63,955 nucleotides of DNA, filler included, from Octopus bimaculoides (GCF_001194135.2; 4 parts of 4 records of this genome joined end to end with filler, not necessarily neighbours in it); one strand, 5' to 3'; positions 50,673-63,955 are shown, numbered from the whole stretch's first letter. The notes: generated by a model not told the origin, from the sequence alone. Made by a program: numbers and translations.

Positions 50673-51304
50673 CGTCATCATATATATATTTATGTCAGCG
50701 TGTTTGTGCGTGAGAGCGCGTATACGTATGCACATATCTATGTATGTGTCTATACTTATGGTGTTTTCTCCTATTCTATTTAAAATTTACAGTTAAAAAT
50801 AACATATTTGAATCGAAAAAATATACTTTAATTACTTGTTTGTTTTGTTTACATATTAATTTTATTTTATTTTATTTTTTTAATTACGTAGCTCTTTCGT
50901 ATTTTTCGCTACATCCGTCGTTATAATAATGCTACTCTTTGTATCCATAAATAATTATACTTGTGGATTGCTAATTAAAGCCAAAATTAGTGTCTCCACA
51001 GAGACATAAGAGAAATATGCATCAGTTTATGATTTAAAAGGAAGACAAAATTTTTCTAGCATTTCAATAAACCTCCATTCTCTGAACACATGTATGATCA
51101 AGCATCTGTTTTGTATTTCTCCAGATTCCGTCTGGGAATGTGTGAGCAAACGTACATTAATAATTATCTAAAACTGTAATACAGGAGTAAAAGTACAGAA
51201 GCATTCACAGACGTGCCTGTGTAATAAGAAGCTTGCTTCGCTTCTTTATGTCTGTTTGTCTTTGTTTGTCCCTTCTATGTAATGCATTTATGGCAAACTT
51301 TATG

Positions 51305-51860
51305 AAATAAAGAAGCTTGCTTCCCAACCACCCGGTTCCGGATTCAGTTCTACTGCATGGTACCTTGGGCAAGTCACTTCTCGTATAACCTCGCTCGAGC
51401 CAATCAAAGCCTTGTGATTGGATTTGATGGGCAGAAACTGGAAGAAGAAGCAGCAGCAGAAGAAGAAGAAGAAGAAGAAGAAGAAGAAGAAGAAGAAGAA
51501 GAAGAAGAAGAAGAAGAAGAAGAAGAAGAAGAAGAAGAAGAAGAAGAAGAAGAAGAAGAAGAAGAAGAAGAAGAAGAAGAAGAAGAAGAAGAAGAAGAAG
51601 AAGAAGAAGAAGCTTGTCATATACATATGTATATATCTATGTATGTGTCTTTTAGTTTGTGTTTGTCCTCCACAACCACTTGACAAACGGTGCTGGTGTG
51701 CTTACATTCCCATAACGTAGCGTTTCGGCAAAAAACAAAAATCGATAGAATAAATACCAGGCTTTGAAAAATTAATTTTCGGGGTCGATTTGTTCGACTA
51801 AACCCTTTCAACGCGGTACCCTAGCTGTCAAATAACTGAAACGAGTAAAATATAAAAGAT
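51305..51860 (+). mobile_element. SINE family B containing an expanded (GAA)n tract (about 51441-51611)
   Basis: The family B head and tail flank the tract at the position where other copies read GAAAGAAG. Confidence 0.85.
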
Positions 51861-52142
51861 AGAAGGACAGCCGTCGATAAAGTTTGACCGTGGATTTGCA
51901 CATTCATCACAAGAATTATTAAGGCAGAATCATACTCGTTTCTTTTCTATACCACCAATACTTATCCATAGGAAAATACATCGACTTGGACTAATACTTC
52001 TTAGTACAAGTGTCGCCGAATTTGTTGCTGCATGAACGCTAAGAGAGAGAACAGATGTCACAACGAATCTTGGTCGACCCTCGTGCACTTCTGTCAGTCC
52101 ATGCTTCAAGATTGCAGCTTGTTTCAACATTTTTATTGCAGA

Positions 52143-52960
52143 TATGGCTGTGTGGGTACGACAATTTTCTACTATCACTAGGAGCGGACCAATGCTTTGT
52201 GAGTGAATTTGGTAGATGGAAACTATGCAGAAACCAATCGTGTGTGAGGGTAGGGTGTATGTGTGTGTGTGTTCATGTGTATGTGCGTGTGTCCCATTAC
52301 CAGTCTTCAATCTTCAAAACCAGTCCTGACCTGTTTACGTCCCGTCGCATCAATGGTTCTTCAAAAGAACTTGACAGAATAGGCGCCAGACTTTAAAAAA
52401 TTAAATAAGTAATGGGGTGAATTTTCTCGACCAAAACCGTTCAAAGTGGTGCCCCAACATGTTTGCGGTCTAATAACAGAAAAATTGTGATATAAAAGAT
52501 ATAAACTAAGATGCTTAATTTTCAACTGATCAGTCGCTCGACCTGTAATAAAGAACAACCTAAATTCTTTCAAATTTTACTCTGTATAGACGCTGGCGTT
52601 GGGAAGAAGAAAACTTCTTACCACACACGCACGCACACACACACACGTGTATGTGTGTGCGTGTGTGCGTGCATGCTTGTGTATGTGACTGAGTGTATAT
52701 GTGTGCGTGAGTGAGTGTGTGTTTGTAAGTGTGCGTCTTTGTGTCTGCGCTTGTCCCCGCCACCACCACCGCTTGTCAACCGGTGTTAATGCGTTTACTT
52801 CTCTCCAACTTAGCAATTCGACAAACGATGCCGATAAGATAAGTACTAAGTTTTACAAAATGCGATAAGTACTGGGGTAGATTTCGACTAAAATCCTTCA
52901 AGGCGATGCCCCAGCATGGCTGCAGTCTAACGACTGAAATAATTAGAAGAGTAAAAGATA
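52143..52960 (+). mobile_element. Degenerate SINE family B copies (about 52143-52480, and tail 52735-52960)
   Basis: Family B head and tail motifs. Confidence 0.7.
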
Positions 52961-53169
52961 GATTTTTTAAATATTAATTAAAGACATCATTATACGAACG
53001 GGTGCTTATATCTCATATCTTTATGAATGCGGCCTCAGCAGCTGTCACTTCAGTGTATATCGTTTGCCAGTTGTCCACAAATGAAAACTGCCTCGTGCAT
53101 TAACATACTTTTTATGACGTTCTTGCCGTTATAAAAATGGCAATATATATTGTGTAATCTAGACTTAAA

Positions 53170-53545
53170 TATACCAGGTGGAACAGAAGAGGATGTGAGG
53201 TCCAGGTTCAGCAAGGCCTGGCAGTCTTTGTACAATCTTCGACCGATCTGGAACTCCGAATTCATCTCCCTCAAATCAAAACTCCGTATCTTTAATTCCA
53301 ACTTCAAGGCTGTTCTTCTTTACAGGTCAGAAACTTGGATGGTCACCAAAGCCACAAAGAGTAAGCTACAGGTCTTCGTGGAAAGAGGAATTTAGAAATT
53401 TGGAAAGGATGTGTGTGGAGGATGAAGCGAAAGCAATCGGTCTCTCTTGATCTGAAATGAAGGAGGCAACTCAAGATCGGGTCCACTGAAGATCGGGTCC
53501 AATGGTTGCGGCCTTATACTCCTTTTGGAATAATGCGGACTAGCT
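53170..53545 (+). mobile_element. RTE-clade LINE 3' fragment, internally deleted
   Basis: GGTEEDVRSRFSKA...IWNSEFISLKSKLRIFNSNFKAVLLYRSETW...LQVF, then EAKAIGLS*SEMKEATQDRVH. Confidence 0.88.
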
Positions 53546-53654
53546 ACACCATATCTGAATATATGAGAGGATAACTAAAACTTTTATACAGCACATAGGA
53601 ATATAATGAAGGATAATGAAGTCCTAGAGACCCTATATATGGATATATGTTAAG

Positions 53655-53925
53655 GGGTGTGGCCTTAGGGTTAGGGTGTTTGGCTCACGATCGTAAGGCC
53701 CTGAGATCGATTCCTGCTGAAACGTTGTGCCCTTGAGCAAAACACGTTATTTCACGTTGCTTCAGCAGGCCGGACAAAATGCTTAACGAAATTTTGTCCG
53801 TCGTTACATTTTGCGTTCACAGAGGTCGACTTTGCCTTCCATCCTTTCAGGTCCATAAATTAAGTACCAAGGAAATACTAGGGTCGAAAATTTCAGGCCT
53901 TGTACCTTTAACATAAAAGATTACA
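53655..53925 (+). mobile_element. SINE A2 head (53655-53762) joined to a family C body (53765-53925)
   Basis: Both motif sets are read directly. Confidence 0.7.
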
Positions 53926-54584
53926 TGTGGATATAGAAGGGGACACTGAAGCCCTAAATACACCATACACGGCTACAAGATAAGAAACATATAAAGTCAT
54001 AGATACACCATATATGGAAAGAACAATAAAATTCTAGTTATATTCAATACGTATATAAGACAGGATGATTAAGTTGAACGCGTCTTTGATCATAATTTTT
54101 CTAGATAAGGGCTAACCCCGATCTTACATAACAACAAACAAATAATGTCATTCGAGATCNNNNNNNNNNNNNNNNNNNNNNNNNNNNNNNNNNNNNNNNN
54201 NNNNNNNNNNNNNNNNNNNNNNNNNNNNNNNNNNNNNNNNNNNNNNNNNNNNNNNNNNNNNNNNNNNNNNNNNNNNNNNNNNNNNNNNNNNNNNNNNNNN
54301 NNNNNNNNNNNNNNNNNNNNNNNNNNNNNNNNNNNNNNNNNNNNNNNNNNNNNNNNNNNNNNNNNNNNNNNNNNNNNNNNNNNNNNNNNNNNNNNNNNNN
54401 NNNNNNNNNNNNNNNNNNNNNNNNNNNNNNNNNNNNNNNNNNNNNNNNNNNNNNNNNNNNNNNNNNNNNNNNNNNNNNNNNNNNNNNNNNNNNNNNNNNN
54501 NNNNNNNNNNTATATACATATATTATACGTATATATATACAGATTATATATATTATATATATATAGCACATATGTATATATGTA

Positions 54585-54634
<50 letters not shown>

Positions 54635-56553
54635 AGCGAGTGTGTGTGTATACTATTCATACGTCAAGCCACCATTATATTCTAGATGAAGAAGATATGG
54701 CGTACACTAAAAGTTATTAAACTCAATATATATATATATTGTGTGTGTGTGTGTATGCGCGTGTGTGCGCGCGCGAGCGTGTGTTGAAAGCGAGGGGGTC
54801 CATAAAATATATAAACCAACAAAAATATGCCTTGTGCGGTCCTCATTAAAGAAGTTAATGATACATAAATATGATATTGTTGTTATATTTATAATAAAAT
54901 ATGCTGATTAATATTTTTTGTTTGTTATTCATTGACTGTTAGTTGTTGTTGATATTGTTGTTGTTTGTTGTTTCATGCAAAATATCGTAGACGGAAAATA
55001 AATTGATAAAGGAATTAAAAACCGAAAAAATGCGAGTGAGCACGTGTATGTGTGAGTATGTGTATACGTGCGAGTACATACATACAAGCATAAACATAGA
55101 TGTCTATATATACACAGACATATACACACACAAATATGTTTTATTCATACGCACACACAACCACATATGTATATATACATGTACACTCATTGAAAGATGT
55201 GCGTGTATATATATATATATATATATATATACAGTTATTCATATATAAATATATATATATATGGGTATACATACGTACAAACAAATACATATATATACAT
55301 ACATGTATGCATTTGTGCGTGTGTGTGTGTGTGTGTGTGTAATGCAGACGTATACAGAGACAAGCACATATGAACAAGTATTAATAATGTAAGGTAAGTG
55401 TGAACACAGAATGAATGAAAATAGAGACCGTGACAGTAGGAGTAGCAGTAAAAGAAGAAGAAGAAGAAGAAGAAGAAGAAGAAGAAGAAGAAGAAGAAGA
55501 AGAAGAAGAAGAAGAAGAAGAAGAAGAAGAAGAAGAAGAAGAAGAAGAAGAAGAAGANNNNNNNNNNNNNNNNNNNNNNNNNNNNNNNNNNNNNNNNNNN
55601 NNNNNNNNNNNNNNNNNNNNNNNNNNNNNNNNNNNNNNNNNNNNNNNNNNNNNNNNNNNNNNNNNNNNNNNNNNNNNNNNNNNNNNNNNNNNNNNNNNNN
55701 NNNNNNNNNNNNNNNNNNNNNNNNNNNNNNNNNNNNNNNNNNNNNNNNNNNNNNNNNNNNNNNNNNNNNNNNNNNNNNNNNNNNNNNNNNNNNNNNNNNN
55801 NNNNNNNNNNNNNNNNNNNNNNNNNNNNNNNNNNNNNNNNNNNNNNNNNNNNNNNNNNNNNNNNNNNNNNNNNNNNNNNNNNNNNNNNNNNNNNNNNNNN
55901 NNNNNNNNNNNNNNNNNNNNNNNNNNNNNNNNNNNNNNNNNNNNNNNNNNNNNNNNNNNNNNNNNNNNNNNNNNNNNNNNNNNNNNNNNNNNNNNNNNNN
56001 NNNNNNNNNNNNNNNNNNNNNNNNNNNNNNNNNNNNNNNNNNNNNNNNNNNNNNNNNNNNNNNNNNNNNNNNNNNNNNNNNNNNNNNNNNNNNNNNNNNN
56101 NNNNNNNNNNNNNNNNNNNNNNNNNNNNNNNNNNNNNNNNNNNNNNNNNNNNNNNNNNNNNNNNNNNNNNNNNNNNNNNNNNNNNNNNNNNNNNNNNNNN
56201 NNNNNNNNNNNNNNNNNNNNNNNNNNNNNNNNNNNNNNNNNNNNNNNNNNNNNNNNNNNNNNNNNNNNNNNNNNNNNNNNNNNNNNNNNNNNNNNNNNNN
56301 NNNNNNNNNNNNNNNNNNNNNNNNNNNNNNNNNNNNNNNNNNNNNNNNNNNNNNNNNNNNNNNNNNNNNNNNNNNNNNNNNNNNNNNNNNNNNNNNNNNN
56401 NNNNNNNNNNNNNNNNNNNNNNNNNNNNNNNNNNNNNNNNNNNNNNNNNNNNNNNNNNNNNNNNNNNNNNNNNNNNNNNNNNNNNNNNNNNNNNNNNNNN
56501 NNNNNNNNNNNNNNNNNNNNNNNNNNNNNNNNNNNNNNNNNNNNNNNNNNNNN

Positions 56554-56668
56554 AGAATAAGTACTAGGCTTCCAAAGAATAAGTCCTGGGGTCGATTTCT
56601 TCGACTAAAGGCGGTGCTCCAGCATGGCCGCAGTCAAAAGACTGAAACAAGTAAAAGAGTAAAAGAGT
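56554..56668 (+). mobile_element. SINE family B 3' tail, starting at a gap
   Basis: Near-identical to 18505-18620. Confidence 0.85.
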
Positions 56669-56684
56669 ATATATATATATATGC

Positions 56685-56724
<40 letters not shown>

Positions 56725-57213
56725 ATATATATATACAGTGGTATGCACCTAGTTATATACACACAGACACTCATATGCTTACATATGTATACATAGTGAG
56801 ATAGAAAAAAAAGAGAGATAGAGAGAGATAGATACATTGATAGATAGATATATAAATAGAGCGAAAGAGAGAAAGGGAGAGAAAGAGATGGAAACTGTGA
56901 CAGAAGAAGACAGCTCCTGAAAGTAAAAATTAGGAAGAGAAAAAATTATAAAATAAATTCTACTAAAACATTAATAAGAATAGAAAAATATATATTGAGG
57001 TTGTCCATTGGGGAATAGGAAGATTTTTCACGAATGAAATAAACCACTAAAAATCAGGTAGCGTTGTCTTCTACGCACACTTATACTATATATATATATA
57101 TATATATATATATNNNNNNNNNNNNNNNNNNNNNNNNNNNNNNNNNNNNNNNNNNNNTTAATTAATTAANNNNNNNNNNNNNNNNNNNNNNNNNNNNNNN
57201 NNNNNNNNNNNNN

Positions 57214-57669
<456 letters not shown>

Positions 57670-57680
57670 AATGATAATAA

Positions 57681-58170
57681 TTTTTGAACAGTGACAATGA
57701 ATGTCTCGATGCTGGAGATATAAGAATTTCATGTGGCATTTTCCAGGATGACTCTCTGTCACCACTCCTCTTTCGTCTATCTTTATGTCTCGCTCTGATG
57801 ACTGGATGTTAAAGTTTGTCTTAAAGCATGAAAACAAGAAAGCATCGTACTCAGTAACAAAACAAGCAAAGGAATATCTAAGTGAATTCCAAATACAACA
57901 AATCCCAGAATTGGACGTACTGGAAACAAGCACAGAAAAAGCTAAGCGTATGAAAACCTGTGCTAAAACTGCTGCCTTAGATATTCTTACTGATAAATGG
58001 CAAGAAAAGCTTCTCAATGGCAAGTACCCAAAGATAGCTAATAATGCCGAAGTTGGCAAAGCCCAAAATGGCAGAAATTCAAAAGATAGTGCTTATCGGA
58101 ACTGCCCATATCCTGCGTAAAATACTGTCCATGAAATCTCAAATTTTAAAACAAACTTATAATTTTCTTT
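57681..58170 (+). mobile_element. R4/Dong-like LINE with two large internal deletions
   Basis: GIFQDDSLSPLLF (RT), joined to WMLKFVLKHE...KWQEKLLNGKY, joined to EIQKIVLIGTAHILRKILSM. Confidence 0.85.
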
Positions 58171-58528
58171 TCTTAAATATTAATATACAAATTTGACCAC
58201 TTGAAAAATTATACTGAGGAGTTAGTTGCCCCCCTTTCCACCTGTTGCTTCCCTTGGTCCACTCTCTAAACTCTTATTTTTCAAGCATCCAAAATGGCAA
58301 GACCCCTTTGTCACAAGAATTGATTACTTCACAATATCCCTTGAAAAGCTAATTTAAATAGTGGAAACCGGTTGGATATCACGACATCCATAAAATATGA
58401 ATATATTTTTTTTTTAATTCTTTATAAAAAGATATTAAACTATGTGAAACGAAGGCATTTCTCTTCCGCTTTTTATATATGTNNNNNNNNNNATATATAC
58501 ATATATACATATTTATATATACACATAT

Positions 58529-58588
<60 letters not shown>

Positions 58589-59024
58589 TTTATATATATA
58601 TATATTTATATACACACATATATATATATATATATATTCACTCACACACATATATATACACACACATATATTCAAATGCTTAATATACATTTCTTTTGCG
58701 TACGAGTTATATGTGTGTGTGTGCGCGTGTACTTGTGTTTTGTATCTTTTTGCATATATACGTATAGGATGTCTGAAGTCTACAGTCTTCATTCGTACAC
58801 GAGTATGTGTTCTTCTGAAAGCGTAATGATAAACTTCCTAAGTTTTATTTGTTTCTTTCTATGGCTTATGTAAAGCGACGTCTACTTCCAGTAGACTTGC
58901 TGTGTAATGTCACTCACTGATGGGTCATCGCTCAGGAGAAACTTACTGTGAACAGTGCTGTTGATATCAGCATAACATTCAACCGTATTCATAACCACAC
59001 ACACACGCATGTATGTATGTATTT

Positions 59025-59490
59025 TTGTGCTTGTGTTTGCCCCACCACCATCACTTGACAACTTTCTCAGCAGTTCGGTAAAAGTCACCAATAGAATCAG
59101 ACTTTAAAATAAATAAATCAGTACTCGATTCGGTCTGCTCGACTAACCACTTCACAGTGGTACCCCAACATGGAGGCAGTCCAATAACTGAACCAAGCAG
59201 AGATGTTAAAAGAGATATGAGTAGAGGTGTGTGGCCTAGTGGTTAGGCTGTTGCACTCACGATCGCTAGATCGTGGGTTCGATTCCTTGACTGAGCGGCG
59301 CGTTGTGTTCTTGAGCAAAACACTTCACTTCCCGTTGCTCCAGTCCCGCTTTGATCAAGGGGGCATTGTTAGCCTTCTCGCTTAGCCAGCAGGGTGGGGT
59401 CTTTTGAGGGCTGAAACAATGCTAAATCGCACTGTGACCAGCGATGTGTAACAACATATGACAGCCTGGTCGGTCACGTAATCACATGAT
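59025..59490 (+). mobile_element. SINE family B tail (59025-59212) followed by an A2-head SINE with another distinct tail (59226-59490)
   Basis: A box TGGCCTAGTGG, B box GGTTCGATTCC and the shared core, then a new tail. Confidence 0.78.
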
Positions 59491-60627
59491 ATGAGTAGAG
59501 GGGTCTGCGTATGGTAATGCCTTTTTCTAACTAGAAATTGTTATCGAGAGCAAGAAATCTCCTTAAAAATCTAACTTTTATTTCCGTTGAAGGGGGGTGA
59601 GCTGTGATAAGTGGAAAGCAAGGAGAAAACAGCTGTAGGAGAAATAAACATTGAAGATCTTTGGGTACGTGTATGTTTAACATACAGTTTGTGTGTACTT
59701 GTGCGTGTGCTTGTGTGCGTGTGTGGACCGTGCATCTGCTCTCTCTCCTGAACCCACCCCGCTGTCTCCCACCTCCCATTTCCCCTCACCTACCACTCCA
59801 CCACCCTACCTTTCCAACGCACCATTTTCCGAGCTTTCTGGCGACTCCAGTCCGACCCCTCCACTTCTTAGTATAGCGTTCATAGCCTCTCTCCCTAAAC
59901 AGCTCCCTGTAAACTGTTCTTGTTTCTAACGGTCATTTAACTTAGCTATATAGTGTTATTATTCGTACGTAACCTTAGCATTTAGCGCAAGTCTTGCATT
60001 TGTAACATGGTTCCCTCACGATGAATTTATGTGCATATACCAGCTTCTCTCACTTCTTTGGAGTAGAGTGCACATAATTTTTGAAACATATGTAGGAATT
60101 AAAGGAACTTGTTGATTATATGCGTTTTGCTCTATTTATTATTATTCTATACATCTACTCAAAATACATCACTTTAACATGGAATTTCTACCCATTAACC
60201 GGGTATAATATCCCAGTTTTTGTGTGATTTTTGCTACCCTGGTAACTATTAACATATTTGCATTATCGAAGTTTTTCAACCAAGATAATATTAANNNNNN
60301 NNNNNNNNNNNNNNNNNNNNNNNNNNNNNNNNNNNNNNNNNNNNNNNNNNNNNNNNNNNNNNNNNNNNNNNNNNNNNNNNNNNNNNNNNNNNNNNNNNNN
60401 NNNNNNNNNNNNNNNNNNNNNNNNNNNNNNNNNNNNNNNNNNNNNNNNNNNNNNNNNNNNNNNNNNNNNNNNNNNNNNNNNNNNNNNNNNNNNNNNNNNN
60501 NNNNNNNNNNNNNNNNNNNNNNNNNNNNNNNNNNNNNNNNNNNNNNNNNNNNNNNNNNNNNNNNNNNNNNNNNNNNNNNNNNNNNNNNNNNNNNNNNNNN
60601 NNNNNNNNNNNNNNNNNNNNNNNNNNN

Positions 60628-60662
<35 letters not shown>

Positions 60663-61204
60663 CACGCATGTATATATATGCACACAAAAATACTAACATA
60701 CACGCGCGCGCTTATGTGTGTGGTTATGTGTGTGCACACAACAGTGTGCATAAGCTTGCAGATGGTAATGCAATTAACGTAATATTAATATTAATATTAC
60801 GAAGAAAGTAAAGAGTACTCGCTGCATGAATGGGAGTAAATATCTATAATTACATTATTGCTTAAATAGATTATGTTTCCACTTTCCATTACATAGATTT
60901 TTGTTCAAACGGTAATCATCAGATTACGTCTCAATCGGGAAGTCTCTTGTAGAGTGTTGTAACAATCCAATGAGTTCCACGAAGAGGGAGTGCGTGCATG
61001 TGAAAGGAAGCATGTGCGTTTGTGCGTGTGAGAGAGAGAGAAGGAGGGGAAGAGAGATGATGATGATGATGATGATGAGAGACAGAGAGTACGTTTCAGT
61101 ACTTACTCCAAGACACTCTGAAGCCCGAACAATCACCTTATGAATGTAACTCTAAGTAGCTATGGTGTAGATAATAGACTTTGTACGAATGCATGCATAC
61201 ATAC

Positions 61205-61417
61205 AAAAGCGCACTCGGCGGAAGGGAAAACCAGTAGCGCTGGCCGAGAGATCCTTCAAATGCAGTTGCTGTGTGCGTGACTGCCATTCCCGTGTGGATC
61301 TCTACAGCCGAAGCAGATGTTGCACCACCATCAGCTGCTGACACGATTTCTTCGGGCGGTGACCCATGGCCTCTCGTGAACGATGGATGACTACTACTTG
61401 CTTTTGCTAATGGCGTT
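61205..61417 (-). CDS. Candidate coding exon, product unknown
   Basis: Acceptor TTTCCTTTTAAAACAG; GC-rich; only one of six frames is open across it (TPLAKASSSHPSFTRGHGSPPEEIVSAADGGATSASAVEIHTGMAVTHTATAFEGSLGQRYWFSLPPSAL). Donor GTATGT at 61204 gives 213 nt. Confidence 0.45.
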
Positions 61418-61984
61418 CTGTTTTAAAAGGAAACATTAACTGTTGAATGTACAGAACCACTTGAAAATTTTTACCCTCTTCCTTTCCACGAATAATGTAC
61501 GTGTATTAGTTTCAACTATTGTCTGTAGGTTCCGGGAGCAAATTTCTGTTGTAACCTTTGTTTCAATTCATTTTGAAAATAATTAAGAATACAGGAAAAT
61601 AGCTCTGTCCTTAATAACCTGACGTTTGGGGCATAATTTGCTTTGCAATTTTGGCGCAAGGCCAGTAATTTGAAGGACGAACACAAGTCGTTTACATGNN
61701 NNNNNNNNNNNNNNNNNNNNNNNNNNNNNNNNNNNNNNNNNNTTAATTAATTAANNNNNNNNNNNNNNNNNNNNNNNNNNNNNNNNNNNNNNNNNNNNCA
61801 TAAAGCGCTTAGCTTTACAGCGTATCGTCAAATCCCAAACTTATTGAATCGTAGCCTCTCTAGCAAGTCGTCTTTCTACAAAATGAAGGAGGAAAAGAGG
61901 AAAAGACATCGTTACTCTATGTCAAAAATAGGGGTTGTCTCCCTTTGGCTGCCAATCGGAAATGACTCTGTTATCGTGTGGATC

Positions 61985-62610
61985 TCAATAGGCCAGCAGA
62001 GATTTCCTGAAGTGCAAGCATGGTCCGAAGACCGCCGTTCTGAATTAAAGAATGTTCCCTGGGTCGAGGAAGTCCTTTAGTATTCTCACTGCTTCAGCTA
62101 TGCACAGTTTACAACGCTTGGTCCGATTATGGAGGGGCCTGGATTTTTTAGAATTCTCCATGATATTTCGTATGGAATTTCGTCGCCACGTTGGTAATGT
62201 TGCTGCTGTTGTTATGGTCATCGTCTTTTCCAAGACAGCCCAATGAATTTCAAACGGTGAAAACTTTGTTCCTTTCAAATACCATATATGTTTTAAAGGA
62301 ATTCTCTGCCTGTGTACGTCTTGTATTCATCCGTGTTGTCCTTCTGGACTTTGACTCCGTTTACTACGCCTTTAATTAGACAATCTCCTCCTAAAGGACA
62401 GCAACTTTGGTCTTTGAAGTTGCATTTTTGGTTGTTTCCTTCAGTGGTGCCGTTAGTTTTGCTTAGTATTTTCGTGCTATGCTGGCTTATTAGAGAGGCG
62501 AAGTGCTTGCAACAAGGATATCTGACGTTAAGCGTTCTTCTATTATATATTCTATGCTATTTATGGCTGTCTGGAAAATGAATTGAGACTAAATTTAAAA
62601 ACTTTTTGCT
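61985..62610 (-). mobile_element. Penelope-like element, GIY-YIG endonuclease region (pseudogene)
   Basis: FLNLVSIHFPDSHK..IYNRRTL, CN....CCPLGGDCLIKGVV...KTYTG, EIHWAVLEK, and KRCKLCIAEAVRIL...ILN. Confidence 0.8.
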
Positions 62611-62715
62611 TACATTACTTGGACAATCATAAAGTTATTCATTGAAATGATGAGAGAGAGTGAGAGAGAGAAGAGAAAGCAATAAATTGGAGAGGGATAG
62701 AAAGATAGGGAAAAG

Positions 62716-62746
<31 letters not shown>

Positions 62747-63244
62747 GAGGAGTGAGGATGAGATGAGAGATAGTAGCAAAAATAGAAAACGGAGAAGATG
62801 AAGAAAGAAAAAGAAATGTTATTATTTTCAAACAAGATAAGAAGCATCAGTATTTCTTGGAAGAGAACATTCTAGACATTTCAGAAAAGATTGTGAAAGT
62901 GTTACGTATATAAGGAGCGGGGCAAAGAGTGAATGTAGTGAACCAAAAGGAGTTTTTAATTAATTGAAATTTGGGATAGGGTTAATTCCAGACATGCTTT
63001 AGTTTTATCAAATACCCGTGGAGAAATATAGCCTAATATGTACTCAATCAGATTATAGAATATAATTTTGGTGTGAAAATTACTCACTGATTAGGCACTG
63101 ATTTAAAATAAGTAATTGGAAAACTTTTTATGACTGCCTTCTGTATGCGGAACATAGATTATTCAACGAAACATATAATGAGAGAGTTGATCACATCCTT
63201 TCCAGTGATCCATTCCTTGCTGAGTCCAGTTATGTTCAACAGGG

Positions 63245-63420
63245 GAATGACTGACAAAGATATCAAAGAAAAACGTACAAATATAATCAACGAGTGGAAG
63301 AACAATATTTGTATTCTTATTGATATCTCAATTTATTTTTGTCCGAACATCTCCCGGTGAGAGATGTGGAAACTCAATATTCAAGTCTTGAAATGAAAAT
63401 AAATAGGAAGTAGGTATGAA
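63245..63420 (+). mobile_element. Highly degenerate R4/Dong RLE fragment
   Basis: TDKDIKEKRTNII....ICILIDISI resembles the QTDK.I...RPDI....C.LID.S.P motif. Confidence 0.55.
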
Positions 63421-63916
63421 TTTGAAAACAATATCAATAGTAATTGAAACATAATGTATGATAAAAAAATAAGCAAAATCATAAAAGCTATATCAACGTT
63501 ATTGTCAGTCCAAAAGATGATCCAGATAAACTCGGCCCTTATTGTACGCAAGACACTTTCAATTTAGTCGTACATCTCAAATAGTTCCATTCTATGTATG
63601 CAAAACATTCGATATATAATCACCAGCCAGCACAATGTTTATATTTTACACAATACATACTATAATGAATCACAGCGAAACAATGTAGCACAACACATTC
63701 TCTAAACATTAACTTATCCAATAAAATAAGCAAAATATATTCATATATATGCGAGAAAATAAAATTTGAAATAAAACTCTCAAATGAATTGCATCCAAGG
63801 ATACATTTATTCATGCATAAATAAGGTATATATATATATATATAGCAATAAGAAAATGATAGATGTGTGTATACATAAGTGCATACATATATATGTAGAT
63901 ACTTACATACATACAT

Positions 63917-63955
<39 letters not shown>

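Noticed and set aside
51930-52310. 126-aa minus-strand ORF
   Set aside because: Its first half is antisense SINE B and microsatellite; the remainder has no recognisable motif or splice support.
53664-53677. TTAGGGTTAGGG telomere-like repeat
   Set aside because: Only two units, and they lie inside a SINE A-box region.
54128-54159. Minus-strand MTLFVCCY followed by a GTAAGA donor, resembling the missing first half of CD225
   Set aside because: Only 32 nt are visible beside a gap and the sequence is low-complexity (TTG repeats). Worth rechecking only after gap closure.

Overview
AT-rich, microsatellite-laden, gap-rich eukaryotic draft-assembly window. The repeat content looks like an octopod cephalopod genome; this is from recognition and is unverified. 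There are no prokaryotic features, CRISPR arrays, rRNA genes or true tRNA genes. Almost every ORF in the supplied track is a microsatellite or N-gap artefact. The window is mostly transposon debris: Tc1/mariner/pogo fossils, Helitron RepHel remnants and non-autonomous Helitrons, at least six R4/Dong-like RLE LINE fragments, Tx1/L1, RTE and Penelope-like fragments, and several tRNA-derived SINE families. Host signal is sparse and on the minus strand: a terminal exon of a CD225/dispanin (PRRT2/TRARG1-like) membrane protein at 8103-8254 that the ORF track misses, plus weaker exon candidates at 5308-5438, about 30175-30364 and 61205-61417. The most interesting observations are: (1) a head-to-tail stack of an R4/Dong LINE and three copies of a ~550-bp non-coding element in a (TAA)n tract, with another copy inserted into the (TTA)n tail of a SINE, suggesting a TAA-targeted LINE plus non-tRNA parasite system; (2) a Tc1 transposase carrying a 116-nt GT-AG intron whose removal restores the reading frame; (3) an isolated pre-miRNA-like hairpin at 29731-29795; (4) a 91-bp mini-Helitron with both termini. 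All alignments and translations were done by eye, so coordinates of degraded elements are approximate.
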